A DNA stretch of 63,253 bases, filler included, from a bacterium (lineage in GTDB: Bacteria > JAMORN01), in NCBI GenBank assembly GCA_027063545.1. It is 10 parts of 10 records of this genome, joined end to end, with 100 filler letters (N's around TTAATTAATTAA, not from the genome) between each part and the next. Parts side by side here need not be neighbours in the genome. Positions count along the whole stretch, not along the records: positions 26,813 to 33,234 come from JAMORN010000151.1; positions 33,335 to 39,751 come from JAMORN010000152.1; positions 39,852 to 46,243 come from JAMORN010000153.1; 7 more parts are not named here. One strand, given 5' to 3'. Position numbers and translations under genes: made by a program. Shown piece by piece: positions 32,969 through 43,049 of this stretch. Numbering within the stretch: position 1 is the first letter of the stretch; each line of letters opens with the position of its first letter. Below the pieces are notes generated by a model. It made no database searches. It was not told the origin of the DNA and was given only the letters and a program-made list of their open reading frames with translations.

Positions 32969-33234
32969 ATGAATGTAAAAAATAACTTTATTTTATCTAT
33001 TATAATGGTCTTTATACTTACCATTGTAGTTTATGCTAAACATATTGACAAAGTAGTTTTTTTTAACATAAAAAATGATTCTCCTGAATATTCTTCTATT
33101 TTAATTGATATGATTAAACATGATTTCCAAATAGATACAATTTTAGTCAAAAATAAAGACTCACTTAAAAATATTATAGATAGTCTTAATATAAAATATG
33201 CTATAAAATTAGAACTAAATAATACAGATGTTAG
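32969..33234 (+). CDS. hypothetical exported protein (truncated)
   Basis: Signal peptide-like N-terminus ending VYA; runs into linker. Confidence 0.5.
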
Positions 33235-33334
33235 NNNNNNNNNNNNNNNNNNNNNNNNNNNNNNNNNNNNNNNNNNNNTTAATTAATTAANNNNNNNNNN
33301 NNNNNNNNNNNNNNNNNNNNNNNNNNNNNNNNNN

Positions 33335-34177
33335 TTATTAGAAGAGATAAATAAAACATTAGAAAAAACTGATAAAAATTTTGCTGTAAATTTAATAACA
33401 GTAACTCCATTATTTAATGATCAACTTGAGGTAGTGCTTGGAACATCAGTAAAATATATTGTTTTTGCAGGAGGGCTTCCCCCAACAGGTGCTATAAAAA
33501 AAGCAAAAGAAAAGGGAAAAAAAGTTTTCGTTTTTGCTCCTAATTTAAGAATTGCTCAAAGGATGATAAAAGCAGGTGCTGATGCTTTAATTATAGAAGG
33601 GAATGAGGCAGGAGGACATGTTGGTCCAACTTCAACAATTGTTTTAATACAAGAGGTTCTTTTTAATATAAAAGAAGTGCCTGTATTTGTTGCTGGTGGA
33701 ATTGGCACAGGAAAGATGTTTGCTCATGTTCTTTTAATGGGAGCAGCGGGAGTACAACTTGGTACAAAATTTGTAGCGACTCATGAGGCAAATGTTCATC
33801 CAAAAATGAAGGAGTTGTTTGTTAAATCAGCCTCTAAAGACGCTATTGTTTCTTATAGTATAGATAAAAGATTGAATGTTATTCCTGTTAGAGCGATTAA
33901 AAATAAAGGAACAGATGAATTTATAAAGCTCCAATTTGAATTGGTTCAAAAGATTGAAAAGGGAGAGGTCTCTCCAGAAGAGGCATCTTTAAAGGTAGAG
34001 GAGTTTTGGCTTGGAGCATTAAGAAGAGCAGTAAAAGAGGGAGATTTAGATTACGGCTCTCTAATGGCAGGAAATTCTGTTTCTTTAGTTAATGAGATTA
34101 AGTCTGTTAAAGAGGTTATTGAAGAGTTGGTTAATGAGGCAGAGGAAGAGTTAAATAGGGTAAAGGGTCTTTTTTAG
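33335..34177 (+). CDS. nitronate monooxygenase / FabK-like enoyl-ACP reductase (5' truncated)
   Basis: FAVNL, EGNEAGGHVG, VAGGI, GVQLGTKF, GSLMAG. Confidence 0.85.
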   Translation, partial: LLEEINKTLEKTDKNFAVNLITVTPLFNDQLEVVLGTSVKYIVFAGGLPPTGAIKKAKEKGKKVFVFAPNLRIAQRMIKAGADALIIEGNEAGGHVGPTSTIVLIQEVLFNIKEVPVFVAGGIGTGKMFAHVLLMGAAGVQLGTKFVATHEANVHPKMKELFVKSASKDAIVSYSIDKRLNVIPVRAIKNKGTDEFIKLQFELVQKIEKGEVSPEEASLKVEEFWLGALRRAVKEGDLDYGSLMAGNSVSLVNEIKSVKEVIEELVNEAEEELNRVKGLF

Positions 34178-35290
34178 TTGGAAAGGGAGTTTTTTAAAGA
34201 CTGGCGAGTAAATGTAAAAAACTTAATAGAAGATAAAAAAACTCTAAAATATTTCTTAAAAATTTTTAATTTAGAGGAGTATTCAAAAAAAATAAATTGG
34301 GAGGCTTTTGATAAGGTCTCCCGATTTTATCCTTTTAGAATTACCCCGTATTATCTTAGTGTTGTTATAAAATCTGATTCTCTTTTTAAAGTCTTTTTTC
34401 CTTCATTAAAAGAGATTTCTGAAAAAAATAAATATTATGGTGATGACCCTTTAAGTGAGGAGGTTTTTAAAGTAGATAAAAGAGGTGGTATTATTCATAA
34501 ATATAGAGATAGGGTTTTAGTTATTCTAACTGATTTTTGTTCTAATAATTGCAGGTATTGTAATAGAAAAAGGCTATGGAGGAGTCATTTAGAGTTAAGA
34601 ATAGATGAGATAAAAAAGGAGTTAAATGAGTATTTAACTAAAAATAATGAGATAAAAGAGGTAATATTATCAGGTGGTGAACCTCTTATATATGAAAATA
34701 GTATTTTAGATGATATTATTGGTTTTTTTTATAATAAATTTCAAATTGATGTAATAAGAATTCATACAAAACTTATTTCTTCTCTTCCTCAAAGATTTTT
34801 TGATGAGGAGTTTATAAAGATTTTAGAAAAATATAGAGACAAGTTATGGTTTTATTCTCATATAATCCATTCAGATGAAATAACCCCTTATGTAGAGCAG
34901 GCAACAAAAATTATTAATTCTTTGGGTATATATATACTAAATCAAGCACCAATAATAAGGGAAGTTAATGATAAAAAAGAGGTTTTAAAAGAACTAATAA
35001 GAAAACTCCTTAAAAATAAAATAATACCAAAAAACTTTTATCAACTTGATCCTATAGACTCTACACTTCATTTTATGACAGATATAGATAAAACAGTAGA
35101 ACTTATTAGTAATGTATATAGAGAAACAACAGGGCTTGGTTGGGCGAACTATATAATAGATCTTCCAAAAGGGAAAGGTAAAGTTCCTCTTCCTTTATCA
35201 CAAATAGAAAAAAATAAAAGTTTATATAGGATCAAAAATTTTTATGGAGAAGTGGTAGATTATAACATATTTTTAGATATATATGAGTAG
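34178..35290 (+). CDS. KamA-family radical SAM protein
   Basis: ITPYY, DPLSE, HKYRDRVL, CSNNCRYC, LSGGEPL, RIHT, DLPKGKGKVP (PLP lysine). Confidence 0.88.
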   Translation: MEREFFKDWRVNVKNLIEDKKTLKYFLKIFNLEEYSKKINWEAFDKVSRFYPFRITPYYLSVVIKSDSLFKVFFPSLKEISEKNKYYGDDPLSEEVFKVDKRGGIIHKYRDRVLVILTDFCSNNCRYCNRKRLWRSHLELRIDEIKKELNEYLTKNNEIKEVILSGGEPLIYENSILDDIIGFFYNKFQIDVIRIHTKLISSLPQRFFDEEFIKILEKYRDKLWFYSHIIHSDEITPYVEQATKIINSLGIYILNQAPIIREVNDKKEVLKELIRKLLKNKIIPKNFYQLDPIDSTLHFMTDIDKTVELISNVYRETTGLGWANYIIDLPKGKGKVPLPLSQIEKNKSLYRIKNFYGEVVDYNIFLDIYE

Positions 35291-35858
35291 GTTCAAAATA
35301 ATTTTTTTTATTTTTTTTCTTTTTGTGTATTCAAAAATGGTTTTTTCTCAGGATATAACTATTTATCCTAAAAAAATGGAGGATAATCTTAAAATTTTAA
35401 CAATACCACCAGAAATGACCTACCACGATTTTAAGATCTTAACCACAGATATAAAAATGAAGGATTATATTTTCTCTGCTATTATGCCAGGCTATATTCA
35501 TTTTAAAATAGAAGAGAAGAAAAAGGCTTATACTATTTTAGGATTAAGGGTTTTATCCTATTCTACATTTTTGTTTTCATACTTTAAACTAAGAAGCAAG
35601 GGTGAAAATTTTTTATCTTTAGCAATCGATATTTTCAAAAATAATACTCTTCCTCAAGAGGAGTACTCTATTTCTTTATCAGATATTATTTATTTTTTAT
35701 CATTTACTACAATAATAGGTACATATTTTTATGATATCCTAGATGGAGAATACTCTCTTGAGAAGAAGAAAAGTTATATTAGGTATAAATTTTTTATGAA
35801 AAAAAGTATTGAAGAGAAGTTATATGGGGGTAAAATTGAGGTTATTGGTAATTTTTAG
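35283..35858 (+). CDS. hypothetical membrane protein
   Basis: Signal peptide, SAIMPGYIHF motif, two hydrophobic segments. Confidence 0.6.
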   Translation: MSRFKIIFFIFFLFVYSKMVFSQDITIYPKKMEDNLKILTIPPEMTYHDFKILTTDIKMKDYIFSAIMPGYIHFKIEEKKKAYTILGLRVLSYSTFLFSYFKLRSKGENFLSLAIDIFKNNTLPQEEYSISLSDIIYFLSFTTIIGTYFYDILDGEYSLEKKKSYIRYKFFMKKSIEEKLYGGKIEVIGNF

Positions 35859-36309
35859 TTTTTTTATTTTTAGTTTTTCTACTCTTAGTTTTGGATGGAG
35901 TAAAGAAACAGAACTTATTTATTTAAAAAAGATAAATAACTCTCAGGATAAAGGATTAATAGAGAATTCCATAGAGGATGCAGAGAATTTTTTATTTAAT
36001 GATCTTTTTGATTCAAATAGTGAAATTGATAGTTTATTTTTAAAAAATTTTTTATATCAGCTTATAAGAAGTTATAAAGTAATAGGTGATAAAAAGGGAT
36101 TAGAGTTTTCAATTTTTAGATATAGATGTTTTTTTAAAGATTCTTTATATTCTAAACTTCTTCCTCAAAGAGTAAAACTTCATTACAAAGAAAAAAATAT
36201 CTATAAAATTCAGAATGATATTATTTACCAAAATACTTCTTTAAAAGAAAAGTTTATTCTTTACCTAAAAAGAAGAGGATTGAAGAAAAAATATCCTACA
36301 ACTTTTTAG
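35809..36309 (+). CDS. hypothetical exported protein
   Basis: Hydrophobic N-terminus; start uncertain. Confidence 0.45.
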   Translation: MKRSYMGVKLRLLVIFSFFIFSFSTLSFGWSKETELIYLKKINNSQDKGLIENSIEDAENFLFNDLFDSNSEIDSLFLKNFLYQLIRSYKVIGDKKGLEFSIFRYRCFFKDSLYSKLLPQRVKLHYKEKNIYKIQNDIIYQNTSLKEKFILYLKRRGLKKKYPTTF

Positions 36310-37231
36310 GGTTTAATACCTCTTGAAGTGTATCACCAATTATATTATAACTTGTAACTGTAAGAAAGATAAAAAGTCCGGGAAAGATTATAAGCCAAGG
36401 TGCTTCTATTATATAGTTTTTTCCAGTGTTTAGCATAGCTCCCCAACTTGGTGTTGGTGGTTGAACCCCAAGCCCTAAAAATGAAAGAGTTGATTCTGCT
36501 AAAATTGCTCCTGCTATGGCAAATGTGGAATAGACTAATATAATAGTTAAAGTGTTAGGGAGAATATGAAAAAATATTATTCTTTTATCAGAAAAGCCTA
36601 AAGCCTTTGCAGCAGTTATAAATTCATATGTTTTAATTTTAAGAACCTCTCCTCTAATAAGTCTTGCAATAGAACTCCAACCAGTAAAGCCTATAACAAG
36701 CATAATGTTTAATATAGAGGGTCCCACAAAAGCAATAATAGATAAGATTAAAAATATAGTAGGAAAGGTCATCATTATTTCAATAAGCCTTAATATTATA
36801 AAATCAACCTTTCCTCCATAATAACCACTTATTGCTCCTAAGGTTGTGCCTATAATTATTGAGATAAATACAGCAACAAAACCAACAAACATGGAAACTC
36901 TTGCTCCATAGAGTATTCTTGTAAAAACATCTCTACCTCTGTCATCAGTACCAAATAGATGTTTTTTAGAAGGAGGCTTTAAAATTTCATTAAGATTGTA
37001 AGTATTTGGAGAATATTTTATAATAGGTATTATTTTAAATGTGGTATTTTTAGGATCATATTCTTTTTTTGAAAATAAAGTATATATTTTTCCATCTTTT
37101 GTTTTCCAGATAATAGGCTTTTCATTAGCAATAAAAGGAACAAATATAGAAATAAATGTTAAAAATACTAAATAACTAACACTAAATAAAAGCAGAGGTC
37201 GTTTTAATATAAATTTTATTATATTTCTCAT
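36296..37231 (-). CDS. peptide/nickel ABC transporter permease (DppC/OppC-like)
   Basis: FGTDDRGRDV, ESTLSFLGLG, PSWG. Confidence 0.93.
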   Translation of the reverse strand: MRNIIKFILKRPLLLFSVSYLVFLTFISIFVPFIANEKPIIWKTKDGKIYTLFSKKEYDPKNTTFKIIPIIKYSPNTYNLNEILKPPSKKHLFGTDDRGRDVFTRILYGARVSMFVGFVAVFISIIIGTTLGAISGYYGGKVDFIILRLIEIMMTFPTIFLILSIIAFVGPSILNIMLVIGFTGWSSIARLIRGEVLKIKTYEFITAAKALGFSDKRIIFFHILPNTLTIILVYSTFAIAGAILAESTLSFLGLGVQPPTPSWGAMLNTGKNYIIEAPWLIIFPGLFIFLTVTSYNIIGDTLQEVLNPKKL

Positions 37232-38217
37232 ATTTTTTTTCCTTCAAAACTAATTCTTGGATCAACAAGTTTATATAAGAAATCACCCAAAACTAGTCCT
37301 ATTAAGGTTAAAAAAGCAGTAATAAATGAAAGTCCCATTATCACGGGATAATCTCGTGATAAGATACTTTCATAATATAAAAGCCCTATTCCAGGTAGTG
37401 AAAATGTAGATTCAATAATCACACTGCCACCTATTAAAGCAGGAAGAGTTGAAGAGAGAAGCGTAACAATAGGAATTAAGGCATTTCTAAAAGCATGTTT
37501 GAATAAAACTTTATTTTCAGATAATCCTTTTGCTCTTGCTGTTAATATATACTCCTCTTTTAAAACCTCCAGAGTTGTATTTCTCACAAATCTAGATAAA
37601 TAAGCAATCTCTCCATATACCATAACAATAATAGGTAGTGTAATATGCTTTATTATATCTATTATTTTTTCCCAAAAAGTTAAAGAAGAAAAATTATCAG
37701 AGGTTATTCCATAAATAGGGAATAAATTAAGTTTTACTCCAAAAAACATTATTAAAAGTAGAGCTACCCAAAATCCTGGGAGACTATATAATATAAATAA
37801 AATAATAGAGGAAATTTTATCAAACTTAGAATTATAGTATTTTGCTTGCATTAATCCTATAAATATGGAAATAGTATAGATTATTATCATAGAGATAATA
37901 TTTAAGGTTAGTGTGACAGGGAGTCTTTCCTTTATTCTTTCTATAACAGGTCTTCCATCTTGAAAAGAATTGCCAAAATCTAAAGTAACAATTCTTTTTA
38001 ACCAATTTATGTATTGAATATATATAGGCTTATCAAGGCCATATATTTTTCTAATCCTTTCTATATCTTCAATAGACATTTTACTAGATAGCATTCCACC
38101 TTGGTTTAAACTTACAGGATCCCCAGGGGATAAATGTATTATAAAAAATGTTATTAAACTTATCCCAATAAGAGTAGGGATAATAAGAAAAGTTCTTTTA
38201 AGAAAATAGTTTTTCAT
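37228..38217 (-). CDS. peptide/nickel ABC transporter permease (DppB/OppB-like)
   Basis: SPGDP, YGLDKP, TARAKGL, HAFRNA, RDYPV, DPRI. Confidence 0.93.
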   Translation of the reverse strand: MKNYFLKRTFLIIPTLIGISLITFFIIHLSPGDPVSLNQGGMLSSKMSIEDIERIRKIYGLDKPIYIQYINWLKRIVTLDFGNSFQDGRPVIERIKERLPVTLTLNIISMIIIYTISIFIGLMQAKYYNSKFDKISSIILFILYSLPGFWVALLLIMFFGVKLNLFPIYGITSDNFSSLTFWEKIIDIIKHITLPIIVMVYGEIAYLSRFVRNTTLEVLKEEYILTARAKGLSENKVLFKHAFRNALIPIVTLLSSTLPALIGGSVIIESTFSLPGIGLLYYESILSRDYPVIMGLSFITAFLTLIGLVLGDFLYKLVDPRISFEGKKI

Positions 38218-38279
38218 AGAGATTTTAGATCTTAGTTAATTTTTTAAATTTAAAATTGCCGAAAAGTTAACAAATTTAA

Positions 38280-38353
38280 CGCGCCCGGAGGGACTCGAAC
38301 CCCCAACCTTGTGATCCGTAGTCACATGCTCTATCCAGTTGAGCTACGGGCGC
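38280..38353 (-). tRNA. tRNA-Arg(ACG)
   Basis: GCGCCCGTAGCTCAACTGGATAGAGCA-TGTGA-CTACGGA-TCACA...GTTCGAGTCC. Confidence 0.96.
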
Positions 38354-38383
38354 ATTTATTTTTTTGCTAATTTTATATTGTTA

Positions 38384-38456
38384 TGGAGCAGAGGGGAGTC
38401 GAACCCCCGACCTCTGCGCTGCCAGCGCAGCGCTCTACCAACTGAGCTACTGCCCC
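38384..38456 (-). tRNA. tRNA-Ala(GGC)
   Basis: GGGGCAGTAGCTCAGTTGGTAGAGCG-CTGCG-CTGGCAG-CGCAG; G3:U70 pair. Confidence 0.96.
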
Positions 38457-38478
38457 ATTTTTATTTATTACATTTTGA

Positions 38479-38552
38479 AAAATAGTTTTTTAATCCTATA
38501 AAATACAATAAGATTTATATTTTTGTATAAATAAAAAAAAAATTATTATTTT
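38479..38552. promoter_or_regulatory. divergent promoters for tRNA-Ala/Arg (-) and purB (+)
   Basis: TTGTAT-N18-TATTTT on both strands (38479-38508 minus; 38523-38552 plus). Confidence 0.45.
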
Positions 38553-38596
38553 CATTTAAAAGATTTTAATCTAATTTAAAATAAAGGGAGAAAATT

Positions 38597-39751
38597 ATGG
38601 AAGAAAAAAAATATGAAGAGTATACACTTCCTTTAACAGAAAGATATGCTTCAAAAGAGATGAGTTATATATTCTCACCAAAATTTAAATTTTCAACTTG
38701 GAGAAAACTTTGGGTATATCTAGCTGAAGTGGAAAGATCTTTAGGTCTTGAGATTCCTCAAGAAGTTATTGACAAAATGAAGGATAAGATAGATGATATA
38801 GATTTTGAATATGCACAAGAGAGAGAAAGAGAATTTCGTCATGATGTAATGGCTCATGTTCATACATTTGGTCATCAGGTCCCAGAGGCAAAAGGGTATA
38901 TCCATTTAGGAGCTACATCTGCTTTTGTAGGAGATAATACAGATTTGATTCAGATAAAAGAAGCTTTAAAAGTTATAAAGAAAAGATTAATTAATTTAAT
39001 GAAGGTTTTAAGGGATTTTAGTTTAAAATATAAGGATTTACCAGTTTTAGGATATACCCATTTTCAGCCAGCACAACCAACTACTTTGGGTAAAAGAGCT
39101 TCTCTTTGGCTGCAGGATGTTATGCTTGTCTATGAAGAGCTTGAATTTAGATTAAAAACATTGAGATTTAGAGGTGCAAAAGGTACTACTGGGACTCAAG
39201 CTTCATATATGGCTTTATTTGGATATGATGAAGAAAAGGTTAAGAATTTGGATGAAGAGATAACTAAAAAGGCAGGTTTTGACAAGTATTATATGGTAAC
39301 AGGCCAGACTTATCCTAGAATAGTAGATGCTCAAGTACTATCAACCCTTTCTCATATAGCAGATGTATTGTCTAAGATGGCAACAGATATAAGACTGCTT
39401 CAACATTCAAAACAAATAGAGGAGCCTTTTGGGAAAAAGCAAATAGGTTCTTCTGCAATGGCTTATAAAAGAAATCCAATGAGATGTGAAAGAATAGGTT
39501 CTTTAGCAAGATTTGTAATATCTCTTTCTTATTCTACCCATTTTACAGCAGCAACCCAATGGCTTGAAAGAACCCTAGATGATTCTGCAAATAAAAGACT
39601 TGCTATTCCTCAGACCTTTTTAGCAACAGATGCTATAATTAACATTGCAATAAATGTGATTTCTGGAATGGTTGTTTATCCCAAAGTTATAGAAAGAATT
39701 TTAAAAGAAGAACTACCATTTATGGCAACAGAAGAAATCATTATGGCTGCA
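38597..39751 (+). CDS. purB: adenylosuccinate lyase (3' truncated)
   Basis: [40 protein letters not shown]. Confidence 0.96.
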
Positions 39752-39853
39752 NNNNNNNNNNNNNNNNNNNNNNNNNNNNNNNNNNNNNNNNNNNNTTAAT
39801 TAATTAANNNNNNNNNNNNNNNNNNNNNNNNNNNNNNNNNNNNNNNNNNNNAA

Positions 39854-40120
39854 AAAAATGGAAAATCAAGAGATGGAAAATAAAGATATCTGTGCAAAGA
39901 GTGTGGGAGAAATTTCACTATAGGAGCAGAAAGATTAAAAAAACCAGAATCTTTAAAAGAGCAAGCTTTAAAAATGATAGCTGAAGGCTCTTCGATTTCC
40001 GCAGTATCAAGAATATTAAATATTTCTCCTTGGATAATTTCCACTTGGATTCAAAGAGAAGGAAAACGTTTATTGAAAGAACATGAAAAAAAAGCAAAAA
40101 CTTTTGCAAAAAAAGTTTGA
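39854..40120 (+). pseudogene. InsA-like transposase N-terminus with in-frame stop
   Basis: KNGKSRDGK*RYLCKECGRNF...ALKMIAEGSSISAVSRILNISPWIISTWI; TAA at 39881 where Gln (CAA) is expected. Confidence 0.85.
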
Positions 40121-40168
40121 AGGAAGAAGTAGAAGAAATAATATATGATTACAAAGTATATTGGGGAA

Positions 40169-40386
40169 ATATAAATGAGAAAAAGTAAAAAAACGGTAAG
40201 TTTAAAGAGGTAAATAGAAATGAAGCTTTGCATTCTTGGTTAAGAGCAAAAAATGCGGGAGGTGTGATAAAATTTACATAGTTTTTGGGGCAATCCTAGT
40301 TTAAAACATGCTTAAACACTCGTTAGATATTAGTCTTTATTATGGAGGCAAATCTAATGAATTTATCAGATTTTGATAAGAATACC
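40169..40386. repeat. about 220-bp near-identical inverted repeat with 46021-46243
   Basis: Direct comparison by eye: only a few substitutions and short indels. Confidence 0.95.
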
Positions 40387-40427
40387 AAAAGAGTTTATAG
40401 AAAAAGAGCTAGAAGGAAGGTAAGAAA

Positions 40428-41447
40428 ATGAAAGTGCTAGTTACAGGTGGAGCAGGCTTCATTGGAAGTCATTTTGCACGCCTTGCTTTAAAAAAGAGAT
40501 ATAAGGTAGTAGTTGTAGATAAACTAACTTATGCCGGAGACTTGGAAAGAATAAAGAATATTTTAGATGATATATCCTTTTATAAATGTGATATTTTAAA
40601 TAAAGAATTTTTAGAGCATATTTTTGAGAAGGAAAAAGTAAACATAGTAGTTCACTTTGCTGCAGAGAGTCACGTGGATAGAAGTATTTTAGAACCCGGT
40701 TTATTTTTAAAAACAAACATCCTTGGCACCCATACTCTTTTAGAGGTAGTAAAAAATAAAGGTATAGATCTATTTATAAATATCTCAACTGACGAAATTT
40801 ATGGAGATATAAAAAAAGGTGAAAATAGAGCTTTTAAAGAAACGGATCCTTTAAAGCCTAGTTCTCCTTATTCTTCTAGTAAGGCTTCTCAAGATTTACT
40901 TGCACAGAGCTACTATAGAACATATAACTTACCTATAATAACAATTAGACCATCAAATAACTATGGACCTTGGCAATATCCAGAAAAATTTATTCCAGTA
41001 GTAATTTTAAAGGCTATAAAAGGAGAAAAAATTCCTATATACGGAACTGGAGAAAATGAAAGAGAGTGGCTTTATGTAGAAGACTGTGCGCAAGGTGTTT
41101 TAGCTGCAATCGAAAAGGGAAAAATAGGCAAAGTTTATAACTTAGGAAGTGGAAAAACATATAAAAATATAGATGTTGCAAAATATATTTTATCTTATTT
41201 GGATAAAATATATCCAAGAAAAGACGGGAAAAGCTACCTTGAGCAAATAACATTTGTAAAAGATAGACCTGGACATGATTTTAAATATTTCTTAAATTCT
41301 TCTAAGGCTAAAAAGGAATTAAACTGGGAAGCTAAAACTTCTTTTGAAGAGGGTATTAAGAAGACTATTGATTGGTACTTAAACAATCTAAATTGGCTTG
41401 AAAATAAATTACATGAACTTCAAAAATTTTGGGAGGAGGTATATTAG
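40428..41447 (+). CDS. rfbB: dTDP-glucose 4,6-dehydratase
   Basis: TGGAGFIG, DKLTYAG, AAESHVDRSI, STDE, YSSSK, DRPGHD. Confidence 0.95.
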   Translation: MKVLVTGGAGFIGSHFARLALKKRYKVVVVDKLTYAGDLERIKNILDDISFYKCDILNKEFLEHIFEKEKVNIVVHFAAESHVDRSILEPGLFLKTNILGTHTLLEVVKNKGIDLFINISTDEIYGDIKKGENRAFKETDPLKPSSPYSSSKASQDLLAQSYYRTYNLPIITIRPSNNYGPWQYPEKFIPVVILKAIKGEKIPIYGTGENEREWLYVEDCAQGVLAAIEKGKIGKVYNLGSGKTYKNIDVAKYILSYLDKIYPRKDGKSYLEQITFVKDRPGHDFKYFLNSSKAKKELNWEAKTSFEEGIKKTIDWYLNNLNWLENKLHELQKFWEEVY

Positions 41448-41451
41448 AAGA

Positions 41452-42471
41452 ATGAAATTTTTACATATAGCTATTTTAGACAAGTTTATACCTCCTTATA
41501 TAGATTTTATAAAAAATAACTTTGGTATAGATGAACATAAATTTGTCATTATTGGAAAGAAAAAATATGAGTATGGTTTAACAGAAAATCATCCGGTAGA
41601 GTGGATAGACAAAAAGGTAAAAGTTTTTAATTTGATAAAATATATGTACACAGCAAACAAAATCATTCTTCATGGATTATGGAACGAATATATTATTAGA
41701 TTATTGTGTATGCAACCTTGGCTATTAAAAAAATGTTATTGGGTGGCGTGGGGAGGAGACTTCTATTTTCCAGAGAAACACTCAAAATTTAAACATTTTG
41801 TTATAAGAAATATAAGGTATATTCTTACTTTTTTAAAAGAGGATTTTAAATATATAAAAAAACATTATAAAACTAGAGCTACCATGTATGAATGTCTATG
41901 TTATACAAGTAATATTGCAGATGATTGTTTAGAGTTTACAAATAAGAATAATAACAATGGAAATAAAAAAATTAAAGTTCTTATAGGGAATTCTGCAACA
42001 GAAACAAATAATCATTTTTACATTTTTGAGATATTAAAAAATATTAAAAATAAAGAAAAGTATATATTCTATGTTCCTTTATCTTATGGTAACAAAGATT
42101 ATGCTAAGAAAGTAATAGAGAAAGGGAAACAAATATTAGGAAATTCTTTTGTACCTTTAGTTAAATATATAGAGTATAAAAATTACTTAAAATTTTTATC
42201 TAGTATAGATATAGCTATTTTTGCTCATAATAGACAACAAGCTATGGGAAATACTATAAAACTTCTTGCTATGGGTAAAAAGGTTTTTTTAAGAAAAAAT
42301 ACAAGTCAATGGAAATTATTCAAAGAACTTAATATTAAAGTTTACGATATAGAAAAATTAGATAAAACTTCTCTTATTCCTGAAGATATGTGTGAGAATA
42401 TAAAAAAAGTAAAAGATTATTTTTCCTATAAAAACTTAAGAAAACAATGGGAGAAAATTTTTGAAATATAA
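41452..42471 (+). CDS. TDP-N-acetylfucosamine transferase (WecF-like)
   Basis: IILHGL, WVAWGGDFY, IGNSATETNNH, PLSYG, RQQAMGN; ATG 41452 after GGAGG. Confidence 0.85.
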   Translation: MKFLHIAILDKFIPPYIDFIKNNFGIDEHKFVIIGKKKYEYGLTENHPVEWIDKKVKVFNLIKYMYTANKIILHGLWNEYIIRLLCMQPWLLKKCYWVAWGGDFYFPEKHSKFKHFVIRNIRYILTFLKEDFKYIKKHYKTRATMYECLCYTSNIADDCLEFTNKNNNNGNKKIKVLIGNSATETNNHFYIFEILKNIKNKEKYIFYVPLSYGNKDYAKKVIEKGKQILGNSFVPLVKYIEYKNYLKFLSSIDIAIFAHNRQQAMGNTIKLLAMGKKVFLRKNTSQWKLFKELNIKVYDIEKLDKTSLIPEDMCENIKKVKDYFSYKNLRKQWEKIFEI

Positions 42472-42488
42472 TTTTTCAAGGTTTTGAA

Positions 42489-43049
42489 ATGCCGTATTAT
42501 ACCAAAGAGGAATTAAAAAAAATGGGGTTTAAATATTTAGGAAAAAATGTAAAAATAAGTACGAAAGCAAGTATATATTATCCAGAAACTGTAGAGATTG
42601 GTGATAATAGTCGAATTGATGATTTTTGTATTATTTCTGGTAAAGTAAAGATTGGGCGAAATGTACATATTGCACCTTTTTGTTTAGTTGCGGGTGGAGA
42701 GGAAGGAATTATTTTAGATGATTTCTCTGGTTTGGCATATGGTGTAAAAGTTTTTACTCGTTCAGATGATTATACCGGATTAACAATGACAAACCCTACA
42801 ATACCTGAAAAATATAAAAAAGTAAAAAAAGCCCCAGTTTATATCGGTAAACACTGTATAGTTGGAACAAATTCAATTATTTTTCCTGGCGTCAAGCTAG
42901 CTGAGGAAACTGCCGTAGGAGCTATGACTTTAGTAACAAAATCAACAGAACCCTGGAGCGTTTACTTTGGTATTCCAGCCAAAAAAATAAAAAACAGAAA
43001 AAAAGATTTACTTAATCTGGAAAAAAAAATACCTAGAGGAAGAAGATAA
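42489..43049 (+). CDS. hexapeptide-repeat acyltransferase
   Basis: IGDNSRIDDF, IGRNVHI, SDDY, GIPAK. Confidence 0.88.
   Translation: MPYYTKEELKKMGFKYLGKNVKISTKASIYYPETVEIGDNSRIDDFCIISGKVKIGRNVHIAPFCLVAGGEEGIILDDFSGLAYGVKVFTRSDDYTGLTMTNPTIPEKYKKVKKAPVYIGKHCIVGTNSIIFPGVKLAEETAVGAMTLVTKSTEPWSVYFGIPAKKIKNRKKDLLNLEKKIPRGRR

Larger units (their letters stand above)
39852..40386 (+). mobile_element. degenerate IS1-family element, left copy (internally deleted)
   Basis: InsA-like Zn-ribbon/HTH frame, A7 run at 40108-40114, InsB-like fragments (EEIIYD/YKVY, EVNRNEALHSWLR, MLKHSL); terminus reads GGTATTCTTATCAAAATCTGATA on the minus strand. Confidence 0.8.

Noticed and set aside
39881..39883. In-frame TAA as evidence of stop-codon reassignment
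   Set aside because: TAA, TAG and TGA all terminate intact genes in the window; this one is in a decayed IS
39796..40233. Short minus-strand ORFs (39796-40044, 39918-40109, 40051-40233) and plus-strand 46094-46291
   Set aside because: Antisense shadows of the IS remnants
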